Assembly (NCBI RefSeq): GCF_006345805.1
Contig: NC_043004.1
Location: forward strand, 29,326,001-29,390,000
Direction: 5' to 3'
Source of the DNA: Octopus sinensis
Lineage: Eukaryota
DNA length: 64,000 bases
Shown in pieces: positions 50,496-62,712 of this stretch (within the stretch, counting starts at the first letter, position 1; every line of letters begins with the position of its first letter). The notes beneath the pieces were generated by a model. That model was not told the DNA's origin and did not search any database. It saw only the letters and a program-made list of their open reading frames with translations. Made by a program: the position numbers and the translations under genes.

Positions 50496-50497
<2 letters not shown>
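49948..50497 (+). mobile_element. Element E, full-length copy
   Basis: Starts tgccctgatgcagtacc and ends ctctcactcaa; (AAT)n on both sides. Confidence 0.9.
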
Positions 50498-50533
<36 letters not shown>

Positions 50534-50573
50534 CAACAACAACAACAACAACAACAGCAGCAGCAGCAGCAGC

Positions 50574-50639
<66 letters not shown>

Positions 50640-50831
50640 AATAATAATAACTGAGATTGGTTCGTGTACATGGTTATACATTTTTTATAATTGATATGAA
50701 TATTTATGAAACGTATCTACTTCTCCGTGAATGAGATTGTGTAAAGATGAAAACATAATATACGCGCGGAATTTTCTTGTGTATAAATGTATGTGTTCTC
50801 ATGATTGTATGAACATTATGATGTACGTGCG

Positions 50832-50884
<53 letters not shown>

Positions 50885-52623
50885 GTGTTTTACATGTTTT
50901 CTGGTAAAGATATACGCCTGCAAAACAGTATCTTTACATCTACCCTTTAGATGACCAGGTGAAGAAATTCCGAAAGTGTGTGTATACATGTGTGGAGAGA
51001 GAGAAAGAAAGAGAGAAAGAAGATAGACGGGGTACAGAGAGAATAGTGAATGAAAGATAGGAAGAGAAAAATAGCAAGACATAGGGGGAAAATGGTAATA
51101 CAGTGAAAGTGATAGAAAGTTATTGAAGTGAGATTGATTCGTTAGATTAAATTCTCGCTTTAATTTATGAGCTGTAATGTGAAAAAGGTTGGGTGTGAGA
51201 TGTTACATATTTGCAATAGCTACAGCTCTTGTAGAAACAAGCAGATGATGTATATACATGCGTGTTTATTAACCGAAAATCGAACTAGAGCTATGCTACC
51301 AATCCCAAGATAACTTTAGAGATAAAAACTATAAAAATAGACAACAAACTTCGAGGCATATACTAGAACTGATGTAATAAACAACGATACGAACCAACGA
51401 AAAAGTTACTTAACAGGAAATTTAAACAAGTTTCCACACCATCTGAAAATAAAACACAACGATGAAATTGTAATATGTAATAGTAGGAGCAAAATGGCCG
51501 TTATTGAAATATGAATATATTACAAAATCAATAATATATTATATGACTATTGTAAATTTATCAAAATTATGAAAGATAACACTGCGCGATTAAAATTAAA
51601 CTCACCAAATTAATTACTGAAGCAAACGCACATATATCAGTTATTAATTTTCAATACAATCTAGTGAATTGTAAGTAACCCTCTCCTAACAATAATATCT
51701 CCCTCATCAATACAATAACATTCACGAACGTTAAACAGCAAGACAGAATAATTAAACTATATACAGTGGAGATATTTAATATATACACCTAATATAACAT
51801 AAGAGGGATCAGCCATCTGAATGTGGCTAGGGTCAGGGCGGGGTGGTGGGGGTGTTACTGATGCATTTAGCCCCAGGCAAACATCGACGTCACCAGAAGA
51901 GCTGACACCATCTCGGTGTCAAGAAAATCATAAGTATAGTAAGAAACATCACAGCAAAATCGATCCCGCTGGTCCGTATAATTTGTGTTACCCTGTACTG
52001 CTTAGGAGACAGCCTCTTCATCTTGTTGGAGAGAGTAGCAGTGAGTTCTTCACTCGGGTCTATTTTAACAACATTGTAAATGGTCAACGTTGAAAACATG
52101 ACTTTTTAAACATCAACTACCAGTGGATACCATTAGATGTATCCGGTATATCGATGATGTGTTCATTGAGATACAATACCCAGTATCTACATATCTATAT
52201 TATGCTTTAATGATAGAATTGATTAACGTGTTATCAAATACCCATGAAATAATTCACATGTAACAAGCAATTGATAATAAGAAGAAGAATAAAACATTAT
52301 AATATTACAAAAACCCCATAATTAAAATCTTCTTCAACTTGAAACCACAAACCTGACAACTACAAGATTATTTCAGATAATTAATGCAACATACACATTT
52401 CAATAAAAACATGGAAGTTATAAACTTCAAAACTGAAAGTGTTACATACGTCTCTCTATTTTTATTAAATTTTTACAAGTTATTTCATGTAATTTTACGT
52501 ATCAGTCATCAATGTAATATATTTGGAAGATAAACTGGGCAATATTTCCACAAATATAAACAGAAGTACACACACACAAACATATTATATTATATTACAT
52601 TATATTATGTTACATTGTATTGC

Positions 52624-53011
52624 TGGAGGCACAATGGCCCAGTGGTTAGGGCAGCGGACTCGCGGTCATAGGATCGCGATTTCGATTCCCAGACCGGGCG
52701 TTGTGAGTGTTTATTGAGCGAAAACACTTAAAGCTCCACGACGCTCCGGCAGGGGATGGTGGTGATCCCTGCTGTACTCTTTCACCACAACTTTCTCTCA
52801 CTCTTACTTCCTGTTTCTGTTGTACCTGTATTTCAAAGGACCGGCCTTGTCACTCTCTGTGTCACGCTGAATATCTCCGAGAACTACGTTAAGGTTACAC
52901 GTGTCTGTGGAGTGCTCAGCCACTTACACGTTAATTTCACGAGCAGGCTGTTCCGTTGATTCGGATCAACCGGAACCGTCGTCGTCGTAACCGACGGAGT
53001 GCTTCCACTCC
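52624..53011 (+). mobile_element. SINE family C with a 12-bp TSD
   Basis: tRNA-like head (TGGCCCAGTGG, TTCGATTCCC); flanking direct repeat ACATTGTATTGC at 52612-52623 and 53012-53023. Confidence 0.88.
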
Positions 53012-53029
53012 ACATTGTATTGCATTGTA

Positions 53030-53140
53030 TGGCCTAGTGGTTAGGGTATTACGCTCATGATCGACAGATCGTCGGTTTCATTCTCGGACTGGGTAGCGCG
53101 TTGTGTGGGGACACTTCATTTCACATTACTTTAGTGTTGT
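53030..53140 (+). mobile_element. SINE family D head fragment
   Basis: tggcctagtggttaggg A-box-like head followed by gcgttgtg..gacacttcatttcac. Confidence 0.55.
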
Positions 53141-53552
53141 GTGGTAACCAGCAAAACGAAGAACAGACTCTCCGTTTCCTCTGCGTCTCATAAAAGGAGA
53201 CTAAAAGAGTTTGAGGTAGGATTTGCACTCCAACCTCGCAAGATACTCACCAGCAACGACTAGGAGGGTTGTCGCCAGAGTAGTGCAAAGGTGTCATCTG
53301 CCAGGAGTAGGGAATCACCCAACAAGTGGTGGATGTAGTGATGTGCTGTTAGAGCGCATGCCCCCATACTACTACTACTGCTACTGCTGTTATCACTGCT
53401 ACTGCTGCTGCTGCTGCTACTACTACTACTACTACTACTGCTACACACACGCACACACTCATACACACACACACACACATATATATATGTATGTATGTAT
53501 GTATATGATATATATTGTAAGCTTAGATATCCGTTGTAGGTGAATATACCTT

Positions 53553-53746
53553 TTTGTGTACTACCCACAAGGGGCTAAACACAGAGGGGACAAACAAGGA
53601 CAGACAAACGGATTAAGTCTATTACATCGACCACAGGATGAAAGGCAAAGTCGACCTCGGCGGGATTTGAACTCAGAACGTAACGGCAGACGAAATACGG
53701 CTACGCACTTCACCCGGCGTGCTAACGGTTCTGCCAGCTCACCACC
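53553..53746 (-). mobile_element. SINE family B with a Tx1-like 3' tail and 19-bp TSD
   Basis: TTGTAGGTGAATATACCTT at 53534-53552 and 53747-53765; family B head and core. Confidence 0.9.
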
Positions 53747-53879
53747 TTGTAGGTGAATATACCTTGGTATCATGTACCGCCCTCTTGCTGTTTAAGTGCT
53801 TATATAGTCTCAAACAGGGGCAGAGAACCTCTTGCCCAGCCCATGCATCACCCTAATGCAATAGCTTTAGTGAGAAGGA

Positions 53880-54040
53880 GCTGCACCTCCACTAGGCAGG
53901 CACTCATTTCCAGCTGAGTGAACAGGAGCAAATTGAAATGATTTATCTTGCTCAAAGACTCAACACGTCGTCTGGTTCAGGAATCACCCCACCACCTTAT
54001 GACTGTGTGCCCGACATCATAACCAAGAGTCAACGCGTCG
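53880..54040 (-). mobile_element. SINE family D fragment (CORE-like central motif)
   Basis: cagctgagtgaacaggagc..gaaatgatttatcttgctcaaagac resembles the reverse of a CORE-type cttgggcaag motif. Confidence 0.5.
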
Positions 54041-55299
54041 TGATTTATACATATATATTGTGTGTATGTATGCATGCAGGTACAGATATGTGTATGTGTG
54101 TGTTTGTGTGTGTGTGTTTGTGTGTGTGTGTGTATGTGTGTGTACACAAAAATAATACTGAGTCGATAGATGGAAGAACAAGAAGTTTGTGTGAAGTTGC
54201 AAATACAGAAAATTCGTCGTTACGACAAACGACAGAAAAGATTATATTTGAGCCAAGTGTGTCGACTAGAACGGTAGCTGTAAGTGGTGTACTTTCTACT
54301 AACCAGCTGGCTTAAGTTGTGTCATATCCACTGCTGTCGCTGTCGCATTCTGTTGCCGTTGTTGAGTGTTGTAAGTTTGTGCAGCCGTTATCTTGGCCGT
54401 CTTACGGTCACTGATCAGCTTGTGAGTAAACAAACTATATATAGCAACTGCCAAAAGGTGTCAAGGATAACAAAAACTGGTAAAGGCGTTCCTGGCCATA
54501 CTAGCTACTGATAAAAGGCTAGTTCTTCACGTCAATGGGTTAGTCGTTTGCAGGCGTCATTAAACCTTGACAGTATCCCGTTTATTGTTATTTACTTATA
54601 TCTAAATATGAAGACAATAACTCGGGTTCGATTCCGAGGCAGTGAGATGGTGTTTGGGACTTTGCAAAATATTCCTACTACACACACACGCACATGCGCT
54701 CGCGAACACACACACACACACACACATACAAACATAAGTGTGTATAATATTAAAAAAAAAATAGTGTCCGATAAATTTATTATTGCTGTGCATAACAGAT
54801 ATGAAATAATTCTTTATTTCTTTGAGAATTTCCAGAAGGTTTACTGTATACTATCAAATGTAAAGTTACAGAGAAATAAGTGATTTCTGTTTACATCACA
54901 ATATTCAGTAACCCTCAAATATGCTCTGTTACCGCTTCATCGAAGTTTACAGACTCAGACAGAGAGACAACGAGCCTCAAATGTCTTCGTCTTAGAAAAA
55001 CAAACATAATAGAGGGAAACGAACCCAACTGTATAGTGACTCGGTTAACTGCGACGTTAAGTTTTACTCCATAACACATGTTGTTTATTGTTTAGTAATA
55101 GTTCGGTCGATCAACCTATAATATAAAATATTCCTGCTATAGGCTGTGAACTGTCTTCCTTTATTTAAGACAGTAGGTCGTGATTTAAAGGATAGTTGGC
55201 TGCTATTTCTAGCAGATCAAGTGACCGTGTAAAGACTCTACCATTGCTTCTGGATTCAAAGCAATAAAGATATTTTCATTATAATCTCACATCTTGTGC

Positions 55300-55692
55300 C
55301 TTGTTGATACGAGTCCATGACATTCTACATCATCCGGTTGTACTGTTTGCTTGGATTCCTGAGATTTTCTGTCGCCTTCCAGTTTTGTAGTTCATCATAT
55401 TCGGCAGGTCAGAGGGGTTGCAGTTTATGTCGTCACAAACTTGCTTGCTATAGGTCTTGGTTTGTCATCTCCTGGAAGCTTTTTCTTGTGTAGGCTTCCA
55501 CAAAAGAACTTCACTAACAATTTCATCTTTAGCTCTCCAGCAATGCCCGTCAAATCTGACTCTACGCTTTTTGATATCTGATACTGAACGACGGTTCACA
55601 TACAATCGCTCATTGGTCAAACAATTTCTCCAAATGACATTCAAAACCACATTTAGCAAGCAAGTGTAGGCACCATCCAATTTTCTTTCCAA
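55300..55692 (-). mobile_element. RTE-clade LINE 3' fragment
   Basis: LDGAYTCLL..W....TNERLY..RRVRFDGHCWR....VLLWKP is a typical RTE post-RT region. Confidence 0.8.
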
Positions 55693-55708
55693 TTTTATAT
55701 ATATATAT

Positions 55709-55906
55709 AGTTAATCCAAACATGAACAAAGAGAAAACTAAACAACGCGAGGATGTGGAATAAGTACAGTGTTATTGGACGCTGAGGAAAGGAAAGAAAG
55801 AAGGAGGATTTCACGTTTCGAGCGGAGATCTTCGTCAGAAATATAGAAAATGTCCAAAGAAGGGAAGACAGAGAAAGAAAATCGCCAACGATTCACACGC
55901 GGTCAC
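55709..55906 (-). mobile_element. PLE-like terminal repeat family with a degenerate hammerhead (55808-55842)
   Basis: Homologous to 62126-62331; carries CTGACGA..CTC GAAACGT and abuts (TA)n. Confidence 0.65.
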
Positions 55907-56024
55907 TTGTGTGTATATATAAGAATATGGGTGTGTGTATACATGTATGGGAGAATTAAATGCGTGAGAATATGTGTTTAAACGTATCTATACACGTTTA
56001 ACTTATATATATATACATATTTAA

Positions 56025-56099
<75 letters not shown>

Positions 56100-57684
56100 C
56101 ATATATATATATGCAGGGTGTGTATTTATACAGAGTGCATCATGATTTTGAGGTCTCCTTCTTCTAACTTCTTTTTTACCTTACTTTTCAAATAAATAAT
56201 GTCAGCCGTCAGGTTGACTCAGCAAATAAAAAGACACGCAGTAATCGTTGCCTTAAAAGGCACGGCTAAGTGATACAGAAATAGCTCTGTATCATTTGAC
56301 CTGTATTTTGAAATGTATTAACTAAGGTAGATTTTGCGTTTAGAATGTATTTCCTATTACATATTACGTAATAATATGAAATGAATATATGTTTTCAAAA
56401 TATCAGTATGACTTCATTTTAATAAAATTGTTATTTGCACCGTATACAGTAAGATCTGGAACGAATATTTGCATATTTATTCTTAATACATCGAGGCAGA
56501 TTCAGAGGCAAAATATGCTAGTAGCTGTCAAAAAAGAAAAGATGCCTTTTATAACGATAGTGTGTTCAACACACTCGGCTCATTGGCGTACAGAATGCTG
56601 GTACTCTGGTGTTTGACATGTGTCTCATCACTCAGAAGTACGCCGGACCTCCGAGTTTAGCCAAGCCACTGGCCTTTGTTTATACTTTCAATGTTTGCTG
56701 ATCGGTAGTTATATCTGCTAATCGATATAAAAAATCGTTATTCGCATCGCGTACAGAGAGATCTTGAACGAATAGTTGTATTTTTCTTCTTAATACGTCT
56801 AGGTGGGTTCAACATGCGTGTGTGTGTGCGCACGCACGTGTAAAAACAATAATAAAAAGAAGATGCACTATTTCCTTTATATTGCAGTTAATTCAAAAAG
56901 CACGTTATTACAATAAAATCATTTCCAAATACGTTATTATATATTCCAAAATATATATTCAAAATGCATTGCTTCAATCATATCATTTCAAGGTTACGTA
57001 TTCCAAACTACATTTTTCTCATTCACATCATTTCAAAACATAGTATTACACACTCCAAAGTACATAATTACAAAACTAAATCATTATTCCAAAGTATATA
57101 ACTACAAACCGGTTTCACTTCTCATAGCTGATACTAATTACGATATTAATTACGATGTGTAATGGCTGCTTACTAGTCTTAATATAGTGCGTCTACTTGT
57201 AGTGACCTTGTTATAGACTCACTAGGTAACAAGGTAGGTAGTATTACATACGTCACGACACAAATTACGTTAGTATGTACATGTGCTTCTACTATTCAAG
57301 AAAATATGAGAAAACATATTCTATAAATTTTGTTAAATGAATTAAAAATCAATGCCAATAACTGGTTAACGATTTTAAATTGGTTTATAGAGTGGTAACG
57401 TAATGCTAGATGATTTTGGATCCGACACTCTGACGATTCTGCGTACCAGCAGGTACATTCTTCGAAAGCCAAATCATCTCTCTACTGATTCACACCACTA
57501 AATACGAAACTAGACCAATCCTTCCTCTGTATGAACGTATTATTTAAAATATATCATGCTACTTGTTAACGGTTTCCTGTTATATCATTGTGTACTGGAG
57601 TGATAAATATTAATTATTCATTTCCATCAAAATAACAGCTCGCAAAATCGAACTTGTCTATTTTTTCTGGGCTTTTTTTTTTTC

Positions 57685-57769
57685 AGATAGAATCTTACGA
57701 TTATCTCGTTAGTGTGGCGATTATCTTCTTATAAAAGCCTCCAGATAATTCCCACAATCTATGAGATAA
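57685..57769 (+). promoter_or_regulatory. GATA-site cluster around a TATA-like box
   Basis: WGATAR at 57685, 57701(-), 57721(-), 57743 and 57764; TATAAAA at 57730-57736; about 450 bp upstream of the SDR start codon. Confidence 0.3.
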
Positions 57770-58182
57770 TGTCGGCTGCTGTGCAATTGGCATTCTTAAA
57801 ATAGAATGATTTAATAACTTTGTTAAAAAAGAATGTTATTTTTATATGAACATTGTTTAACTTTAAATTAAATATGACAATTGCAGATCTGTTATCTAAT
57901 TTAGACAAGAATAGCCGAAAGACATTTTTCTAACTACATCTTCCACTTGGTTTTCCAAAAGCCAACTTATTTCAGAAGTTAATGCTTTGAAGTTTTTTCA
58001 CATAGCTAATCTTTTCGCTATAGTAGTCCATTAACTGATTATTTTTATTTCTGAAAATAAGAATGAAACTAATCAGTTAATCTTTTCTTCCGGCAATTAG
58101 GTTTGATTTTTGTATCGACATTTACACCTCCTTTACCACTTTGGGTTTCATAAATTTTTTATTTAATTTTCAGCAAAAGAAA

Positions 58183-58519
58183 ATGTTTTGTACAACATGC
58201 GAAATACTTTCGGGTGCATTGATTGTGATAACTGCCTATCTGCTCTTCCAATGGTTTCTTCGGACACTTAAAGTTGGAGATTTCAATCAGAAATATGTGT
58301 TAGTCACTGGTTGTGATACAGGTTTCGGTAATATGCTGGCCAAACAACTGGATGAACTTGGTTTTAATGTATTTGCTGCTTGCCTAACTAAAGAAGGGGT
58401 CGCAGATCTCCGTGGCTGCTGCACACAAAAGCTAGAAGCATTTTTGATGAATGTTACTAAGAAAGAAGAAATTGAAAAGGCTGAAAAATTGGTCAGATCT
58501 AGACTTCCAGATGATAAAG
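58183..58519 (+). CDS. SDR9C-family dehydrogenase (RDH16/HSD17B6/BDH1-like), coding exon 1
   Basis: Hydrophobic N-terminus, VLVTGCDTGFG (TGxxxGxG), upstream acceptor TTTCAG|58174, phase-1 donor AAAG|GTAACA. Confidence 0.9.
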
Positions 58520-58755
58520 GTAACATAGAACTTCCAACTAAGTAATTTTGTCATTGCTTTCGCTTTTAGTTTTTATAATTTCTGTTTTAAATGCGCATCT
58601 CTATCAATGTGTATATGTATTTCTGTGTGTATGTATGGGTTTGTGTGTATGTGTGTGTATTTATTGAATATTTTTGCGTGCTCGTGTGTGTGTGTGTGTG
58701 CGTTCATGTATATGTGTGTTTTCCGTGTTATCAATAGTTATTATCTTCACTTCAG

Positions 58756-59017
58756 GTTTGTGGGCTTTGGTTAACAATGCTGGCGTCTTGGGTACATTTT
58801 TGTTCCCAGAATGTATGACTCGGAAACATTATGATGAAGTTATGGATGTAAACATATATGGAACGATAGGTGTTACAACAGCCTTTTTGCCTTTACTCCG
58901 CGTGTCAAGGGGAAGAATTGTGAACGTATCTAGTATCTTCGGAAAAGTTACACCTTCTACATGCATACCATACTGTATATCAAAACATGCAGTTGAATCT
59001 TATTCAAACGGCCTCAG
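58756..59017 (+). CDS. SDR9C-family dehydrogenase, coding exon 2
   Basis: Acceptor TTCAG|, GLWALVNNAG, NVSS, catalytic YCISK, phase-2 donor CTCAG|GTAAAT; length 262 fits the phases. Confidence 0.93.
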
Positions 59018-59343
59018 GTAAATAAATAAGATTTTCATCTATCTCCTTGGAATTTTTATAGATTTATTTTCGTAAAAATGTATTATATATTTTATCCCGA
59101 AAAATAAATGCTTGCAATTTTAGATATTCGAATCACGTATTGTAATTGAATTACTTTCTCTATATCATCGATAAAGCATTAATAAATTCTCTCCTTTACA
59201 CTAATGCAAGTAGTGTAGATTACTTTTGTATCTCTAAAATAGCAAGAATAGGAATATAGCAACACAGAAAAACTTAACAATAACTTTGCAAACAAAAAAT
59301 AACATTTGATGCGTAAAACATTTAAAACATCTTCTTTATCCAG

Positions 59344-59507
59344 ATGTGCTTTAATAATACAGAATGTAACTGTGCATATAATACAACCAGGAGGCTTTGC
59401 GACCAATTTGACGTCATTTGAAACAATCGAAAGGAGAGCAATCCGAGATTTTGAAGCTTCTCCCATTGAGGTTCAACAATACTATGGTAAAAAAGCCTTT
59501 GATCACT
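59344..59507 (+). CDS. SDR9C-family dehydrogenase, coding exon 3
   Basis: Acceptor TTATCCAG|, VTVHIIQPGGFATNL, donor CACT|GTAAGT; length 164 fits the phases. Confidence 0.9.
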
Positions 59508-60577
59508 GTAAGTACACTGCTGGATTATATTTCATATACGTAGTGCAAGAATCTATGACAGTATCAAGAAAATTTTCGTTTTGTTAGCTTCGATTGAGTT
59601 TATATCCAGTGATTAGACAGATCTGCTTAATTGTCTACTTTTAAAAAGTAATTATTGGTCACCATTGTTAACGATTTAGGATAAGTGATATCAAACATTC
59701 GATTCAAATGGTGCGGACCAGTTTCAAAGCATAATATTCTGATCGTTAATGACCTTCATTCAAAATATAGATCGGTTGATGACACTCTAAATTTGTTTCA
59801 TCGGGTTATCCTTTGAATGAACCAAAAATGTAGCATGCAGCAACGCGTGAATTACTGAACTTTCCCGGAAAACACACAACTACAGAAGAAAAACCGATTC
59901 AGCGATACTCTTCCTTCAACAATAGATAACGATCCAAAACGTCATAGGATCGAATGTCGCTTAAATAATATATAAATCACAAGAAACAGGTAATCTCCTA
60001 AAATGAATACCGTTTGTAAAATAACAATAAATTCATTCAATGTTACGAGACATTACTAAATAGATTACAGTTTAAACATACTTAATGAGCTTTAACTGTG
60101 ATCTTTACCTTTCTATGCTTATTGCAATACCAGCCTTTGAAATGTAACATATCCAAAATGAAATATATTGAAAAATGCTATATGTTTAAGAATCTATTTA
60201 GTTTCTGTTGAAATCGTTGAAATAACGAGCCAAATTTAAAGACGGTGTATATCAGATTTGGTGGAGAAAAGGAGAAGAGAAATGATGATTACTCTCTTGT
60301 TCACAGAGTACTCTTTTTAAATCTGGACATTCAGCTAATTGAGAAGCTTTCCAGCGCCGAGTAAGTTTACTTGCGTTATTGTTCCGGCTCTCTTAGCTCT
60401 GGTTTTATATCCTAGCAATGTTAGCTTTAACTTTATTCCTTCGGAGTCGATAAATAAATGCCAGTCAAATACTGAAGTCGATTGCTCCTCTCCTTTTTTT
60501 CTCACAGAATTTCATGTAGGGCCAAGAAATCATCTTTCCCATCACAGCCCTACCAGTCGTATCCCCACCACCAACGT

Positions 60578-60975
60578 GGAGGCGCAATGGCCCAATGGTT
60601 AGGGCAGCGGACTCGCGGTCGGAGGATCGCGGTTTCGATTCCCAAACCGGGCGTTGTGTGTGTTTATTGAGCGAAAACACCTAAAGCTCCACGAGTCTCC
60701 GGCAGGGGGTGGTGGCGACCCCTGTTGTACTCTTTCGCCCCAACTTTCTCTCACTCTTTCTTCCTATTTCTTGTCCCCGACTTCCTACGCAACTTCTGAG
60801 CCTGGATGCGCATTCATCCATCCGTCGATGCTCTCGGTGCGGGGGTTGGTCTGCTTTCTCTTCTGTGGGTCTTACGAATAGCAAAGGACTACGTTTCGGA
60901 CTTCTCCCATCTTGCGAGCTCCTAGACGAAGACCGTTCGCTCAACACCAACAGCAACAGCAACAACCAACAACAA
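60578..60975 (+). mobile_element. SINE family C head and body with a different 3' tail ending in (CAA)n
   Basis: The first ~190 bp match 52624; the sequence is unrelated afterwards. Confidence 0.8.
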
Positions 60976-61279
60976 TACTGTTTTTGATTTAGGACAACCA
61001 ATAACTAACATTACTATGTAACTAAACTGATTATTCTAAGTCTGTTCATCTTCCCTTTTCTCCTCTTCTTTTTTTTATTTCTAACTTATTCTTTTTATTT
61101 ATATTTCTCTTTATCTTTTATTTCTCTTTTTTACTTCTCTCTTCTTTTTCTAAAGTGTCACTTGATTCATTCATTCTACCCTACCTCTCTTTCATTGGCT
61201 CATTTATTCCTTCGACTTCCTTCACTTTTTCTTTCCTTTCTTTACTTTTTCCTCATTTACTTTGTTTCTGTGTATCTTA

Positions 61280-61285
61280 CTTTAT

Positions 61286-61379
<94 letters not shown>

Positions 61380-61423
61380 ATATACACACACAAACACATT
61401 TATATTGATATGTGTATGTATGC

Positions 61424-61501
<78 letters not shown>

Positions 61502-61545
61502 ATATACACACACAAACACATTTATATTGATATGTGTATGTATGC

Positions 61546-61593
<48 letters not shown>

Positions 61594-61600
61594 TTATATA
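61280..61600. repeat. Tandem ~120-bp units spaced by (TA)n
   Basis: tgtatgtatatatacacacacaaacacatttatattgatatgtgtatgtatgcatg occurs twice. Confidence 0.85.
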
Positions 61601-62048
61601 TTTAAACATATACTAGCACACACATTTTCACATTCGCACAAAAACACAAAGTGTGCGTGTGTCCTTGTGTCTATATTCAATATATTCTTGCTGGGTATTT
61701 CCCCCACTCCTATACTTTATAATCAATTTTCTCATAGTAAAGCGAACATTTCACTGAATCATTATAGCTATGTTGGTTCTCATCTACCAACAACACTTAA
61801 TCTAGATTTACGCTTGATGGAGAAAAGTAAATCCATAAGACATTGAAGTAAATTGTATTGATGTCTACATCCGCAACTTAGGGTCCGTAAGTAATAGACT
61901 GGAGCAGTGGTTTGGTGGTTGTGTAATATTGATGTCTCTATGGATGGATGTAGATATAAACAAATAGATGTTCAGCGAATGAATCGAAATTTCTGCGTTC
62001 AAAGCGCTTATCATTTTTATTTTGTCATTGGGTTGCATAATTTCTCTC

Positions 62049-62125
<77 letters not shown>

Positions 62126-62126
<1 letters not shown>

Positions 62127-62327
62127 GTTAATCCAAACATGAAAGCACAAAAAAAAACACAACAACGCGAGGACGTGGAACAAATATAGTAATATTGGAC
62201 GCTCAGGAAAGAAGGAAAGAAGGAGGGTCTACGTTTCGAGCGGAGCTCTTCGTCGGAAACATAGGAGAAGGAAAGATCCAGAGAAGGGAAAACAGAGGAA
62301 AAAAATCGCCAACGATACACACACGGT

Positions 62328-62331
<4 letters not shown>
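62126..62331 (-). mobile_element. PLE-like terminal repeat family with a hammerhead-like motif (62226-62260)
   Basis: Homologous to 55709-55906; CCGACGA-A-GAG-ctccg-CTC-GAA-ACGT-A; between (TA)n tracts. Confidence 0.65.
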
Positions 62332-62390
<59 letters not shown>

Positions 62391-62396
62391 GGTGTA

Positions 62397-62452
<56 letters not shown>

Positions 62453-62495
62453 TGGAATGGACTAAGCGGAATAGGAGCGTACAAGAGGATGGAAA

Positions 62496-62540
62496 GTGTC
62501 GCTGAAGAGGTCACAGATGTGTGACGAAAGATTTCGGACA
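62496..62540 (+). ncRNA. Hammerhead-like motif
   Basis: CTGAAGA at 62502-62508, perfect 6-bp stem II GTCACA-gatg-TGTGAC, GAAA; stems III and I are imperfect. Confidence 0.5.
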
Positions 62541-62656
62541 ATAGACATGAGTTAAACTAAAAACAGTAATAAACGAGTGACGAACGAATATATATTGTGC
62601 ATGCGTTTATTTGGGGAAAAAATGACCCTCCCGAAATAAGACAATATGTGAATTTT

Positions 62657-62706
<50 letters not shown>

Positions 62707-62712
<6 letters not shown>

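Noticed and set aside
51890-51930. CAGAAGA followed by the hairpin TGACACC/GGTGTCA and GAAA
   Set aside because: The core is mismatched and there is no stem III or I. The hairpin is better explained as the homologue of the 29937-29953 hairpin.
52624-52700. tRNA-like sequences here and at 60578 and 53030
   Set aside because: They are SINE heads that continue into a repeat body and lack a complete cloverleaf.
60885-60915. GGA-gaag-TCC-GAAACGT on the minus strand
   Set aside because: No CUGANGA core and no stem I.
61738-61846. Candidate last exon of the SDR gene (acceptor CTCATAG)
   Set aside because: In phase it gives LKRTFH then a stop, and no frame resembles an SDR9C C-terminus.
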